Position numbers and translations under genes: made by a program | In this document: piece after piece, positions 43,985-45,077 of the stretch | Numbering within the stretch: position 1 is the first letter of the stretch | How the letters are laid out: every line of letters begins with the position of its first letter | The notes under the pieces: generated by a model | What the model saw: the letters and a program-made list of their open reading frames with translations, nothing else | Told to the model about the DNA's origin: nothing | Database searches by the model: none | Source: an uncultured Candidatus Saccharibacteria bacterium | GTDB taxonomy: Bacteria; Patescibacteriota; Minisyncoccia; Phycocordibacterales; UBA2100 | Assembly (NCBI GenBank): GCA_964351105.1 | Contig: CAYGMC010000002.1 | Coordinates: 11,010 to 56,086, forward strand | Direction of reading: 5' to 3' | DNA: 45,077 nucleotides

Positions 43985-44575
43985 TTATTTTTTAACAAAT
44001 ACTTGCGCGGGACGCAAGACCGTCGTGCCCATACTGTATCCAAAACGAAGTATTTTTACAATAGCGTGTGGCTCGCCTTCTCCCTCCACTTCTTGGATCA
44101 CTTCGTGAAATCGCGGGTCAAACGCATCCCCTATCTTTCCAAATCGCTCTACCCCATTGCGCGCCATCACTTCGAGAAGCTGATTGCGCACCTGCTCCAT
44201 GCCGTTTTTCCAATTGTTAGAAACTTGCGCCCATGCCTCTGTGCTTGCCGCCATGTCAAAACTATCCAGCACGGGAATAATATCTTCCATCAACCCCATT
44301 TTTATTCTCTCAGACTTGCGTTCTGCTTCGGCGAGCATGTCTTTGCGGCTATTTATCGCATCCGCCTTGCACCTTTGCCAACCATCAAGATATTCATCGC
44401 GCTTCGCCTGCGCTTCTTTCAACTCATCTCGCAACTTTTTGATTTTTGCCTGCGCACCCGCAACGTCCCCGAGTTCTCCGGTTTCAAAATCAACCTCAAC
44501 TTCCGGAAGCCCTTCTTCAGGAATTCCGTCTTCACGCTTCTTCATTGCTCGCGAGTATACCATATTTGCGTCCAA
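43985..44575 (-). CDS. grpE: Nucleotide exchange factor GrpE
   Basis: A coiled-coil N-terminus, the C-terminal beta domain ..[23 protein letters not shown].., and a position upstream of dnaK. The start at 44575 is TTG, with an ATG alternative at 44563. Confidence 0.9.
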   Translation of the reverse strand: MDANMVYSRAMKKREDGIPEEGLPEVEVDFETGELGDVAGAQAKIKKLRDELKEAQAKRDEYLDGWQRCKADAINSRKDMLAEAERKSERIKMGLMEDIIPVLDSFDMAASTEAWAQVSNNWKNGMEQVRNQLLEVMARNGVERFGKIGDAFDPRFHEVIQEVEGEGEPHAIVKILRFGYSMGTTVLRPAQVFVKK

Positions 44576-44630
44576 GTTTGTGATACCATGGATACATTGG
44601 CCTTATAAGATAATTAAAGCAATATTTTTT

Positions 44631-44915
44631 ATGATAATGGGAGGAAATTGGGAGAGAGGATTTGGGAGAAGAGCGGAATTGGTAACGCCGAACGAATTGC
44701 TACCCGAGCAAGGAGAAATACCGGATGGCTTGATTGCTAGACTCAAAAATGAATTTCCTAATGAGGAAGAACTGCGGGACTCACTCGCGCACCTCGAGCA
44801 AGTAGATTCTTTTGGTGGAGGCGCAGGTGCTCATGCACAAGACACAGAGAGAAAAGCAAAGTTGACGCTTCATATAAACGCTCGTATTCGCGAATTGCGT
44901 TCAGGACCACAATAA
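44631..44915 (+). CDS. Hypothetical small protein (94 aa)
   Basis: This is the only non-antisense part of ORF 44184-44915. It starts at the ATG at 44631, just outside grpE. I recognised no motif. Confidence 0.3.
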   Translation: MIMGGNWERGFGRRAELVTPNELLPEQGEIPDGLIARLKNEFPNEEELRDSLAHLEQVDSFGGGAGAHAQDTERKAKLTLHINARIRELRSGPQ

Positions 44916-44953
44916 TCTTAGCGTGGCACGCAACACAGCGTTAGATTACCTCC

Positions 44954-45077
44954 CTACCGCACCAAATGAAGCATCCGGAGAACATTGTGCAAGACCCCTG
45001 TCGCCGCGGCTTGCGGTGAGCCTGCCTGCACTGAGCTTGTCGAATGTGTCGAAACCGAAGTAGTGGCCGCGGCACAC
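44954..45077 (-). CDS. 3' end of another giant-protein paralog (partial; continues beyond the window)
   Basis: Manual translation of the minus strand gives ..CAATTSVSTHSTSSVQAGSPQAAATGVLHNVLRMLHLVR* with TAG at 44954-44956. The last 21 aa and ~60 nt are ~88% identical to the tail of the 1233-aa gene (30445-30504). The fragment is below the 60-aa cutoff of the ORF track. Confidence 0.6.
   Translation of the reverse strand, partial: CAAATTSVSTHSTSSVQAGSPQAAATGVLHNVLRMLHLVR

Noticed and set aside
44184-44630. 5' two-thirds of the 243-aa plus-strand ORF 44184-44915
   Set aside because: This part is antisense to grpE and of low complexity (Ser/Ala/Phe-rich). Only the portion from the ATG at 44631, outside grpE, is kept as a low-confidence hypothetical gene.
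44576-44630. CIRCE/HrcA operator upstream of grpE
   Set aside because: No TTAGCACTC-N9-GAGTGCTAA-like inverted repeat is present. Only a short CCATGG palindrome was seen.
1-45077. Alternative genetic code (UGA as a sense codon, as in some candidate phyla), CRISPR arrays, tRNA/rRNA genes, transposases/integrases, prophage genes
   Set aside because: TGA terminates murG, dnaJ, scpA, aspS and cysS at positions consistent with ortholog lengths, and at the first four also at coupled downstream starts, so the code is 11. I saw no short direct repeats with regular spacers, no GTTCGAATC-type T-loops in the intergenic regions, and no ORF with recombinase or transposase motifs.

Overview
This is a gene-dense bacterial chromosomal segment, about 95% coding and mostly on the minus strand. 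It uses the standard genetic code, since TGA acts as a stop at several coupled gene junctions. The backbone is housekeeping. It includes five aminoacyl-tRNA synthetases (leuS, cysS, gltX, aspS, trpS) and ribosomal proteins L9 and L27. It also includes the cell-wall and division genes mraY, ftsW and murG, a PBP5-like carboxypeptidase, an M23 peptidase, scpA-scpB and grpE-dnaK-dnaJ. The tight packing, the many 1-4 nt start/stop overlaps and the lack of biosynthetic genes suggest a reduced genome of CPR/Patescibacteria type, but that is inference only. I found no rRNA, tRNA, CRISPR array, transposase or integrase.

Four accessory features stand out.
1. A family of giant Sec-signal proteins occupies 12265-20430, 27906-34146 and a fragment at 44954-45077. 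These proteins combine HExxH metalloprotease, FN3, PKD, LCCL, LamG, CARDB-like, IPT and peptidoglycan-binding domains with an uncharacterised ~100-aa Cys-bounded repeat. Three of them interrupt the ftsW-murG junction, and two share a 143-bp perfectly identical stretch.
2. A tightly coupled operon at 35823-40555 encodes an E1/ThiF-like enzyme, a Leu/Phe/Val-type amino-acid dehydrogenase, a PaaK/CapK-like adenylate-forming enzyme and a tandem (Acg-like) nitroreductase. It follows directly after grpE-dnaK-dnaJ. I consider it the best candidate for an undescribed system.
3. The LeuRS carries a complete Nudix domain inserted in frame.
4. Extended -10 boxes lie exactly 6 nt upstream of ATG at several genes, which suggests leaderless mRNAs.

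All functional calls rest on motif recognition by eye. No HMM or BLAST search could be run.
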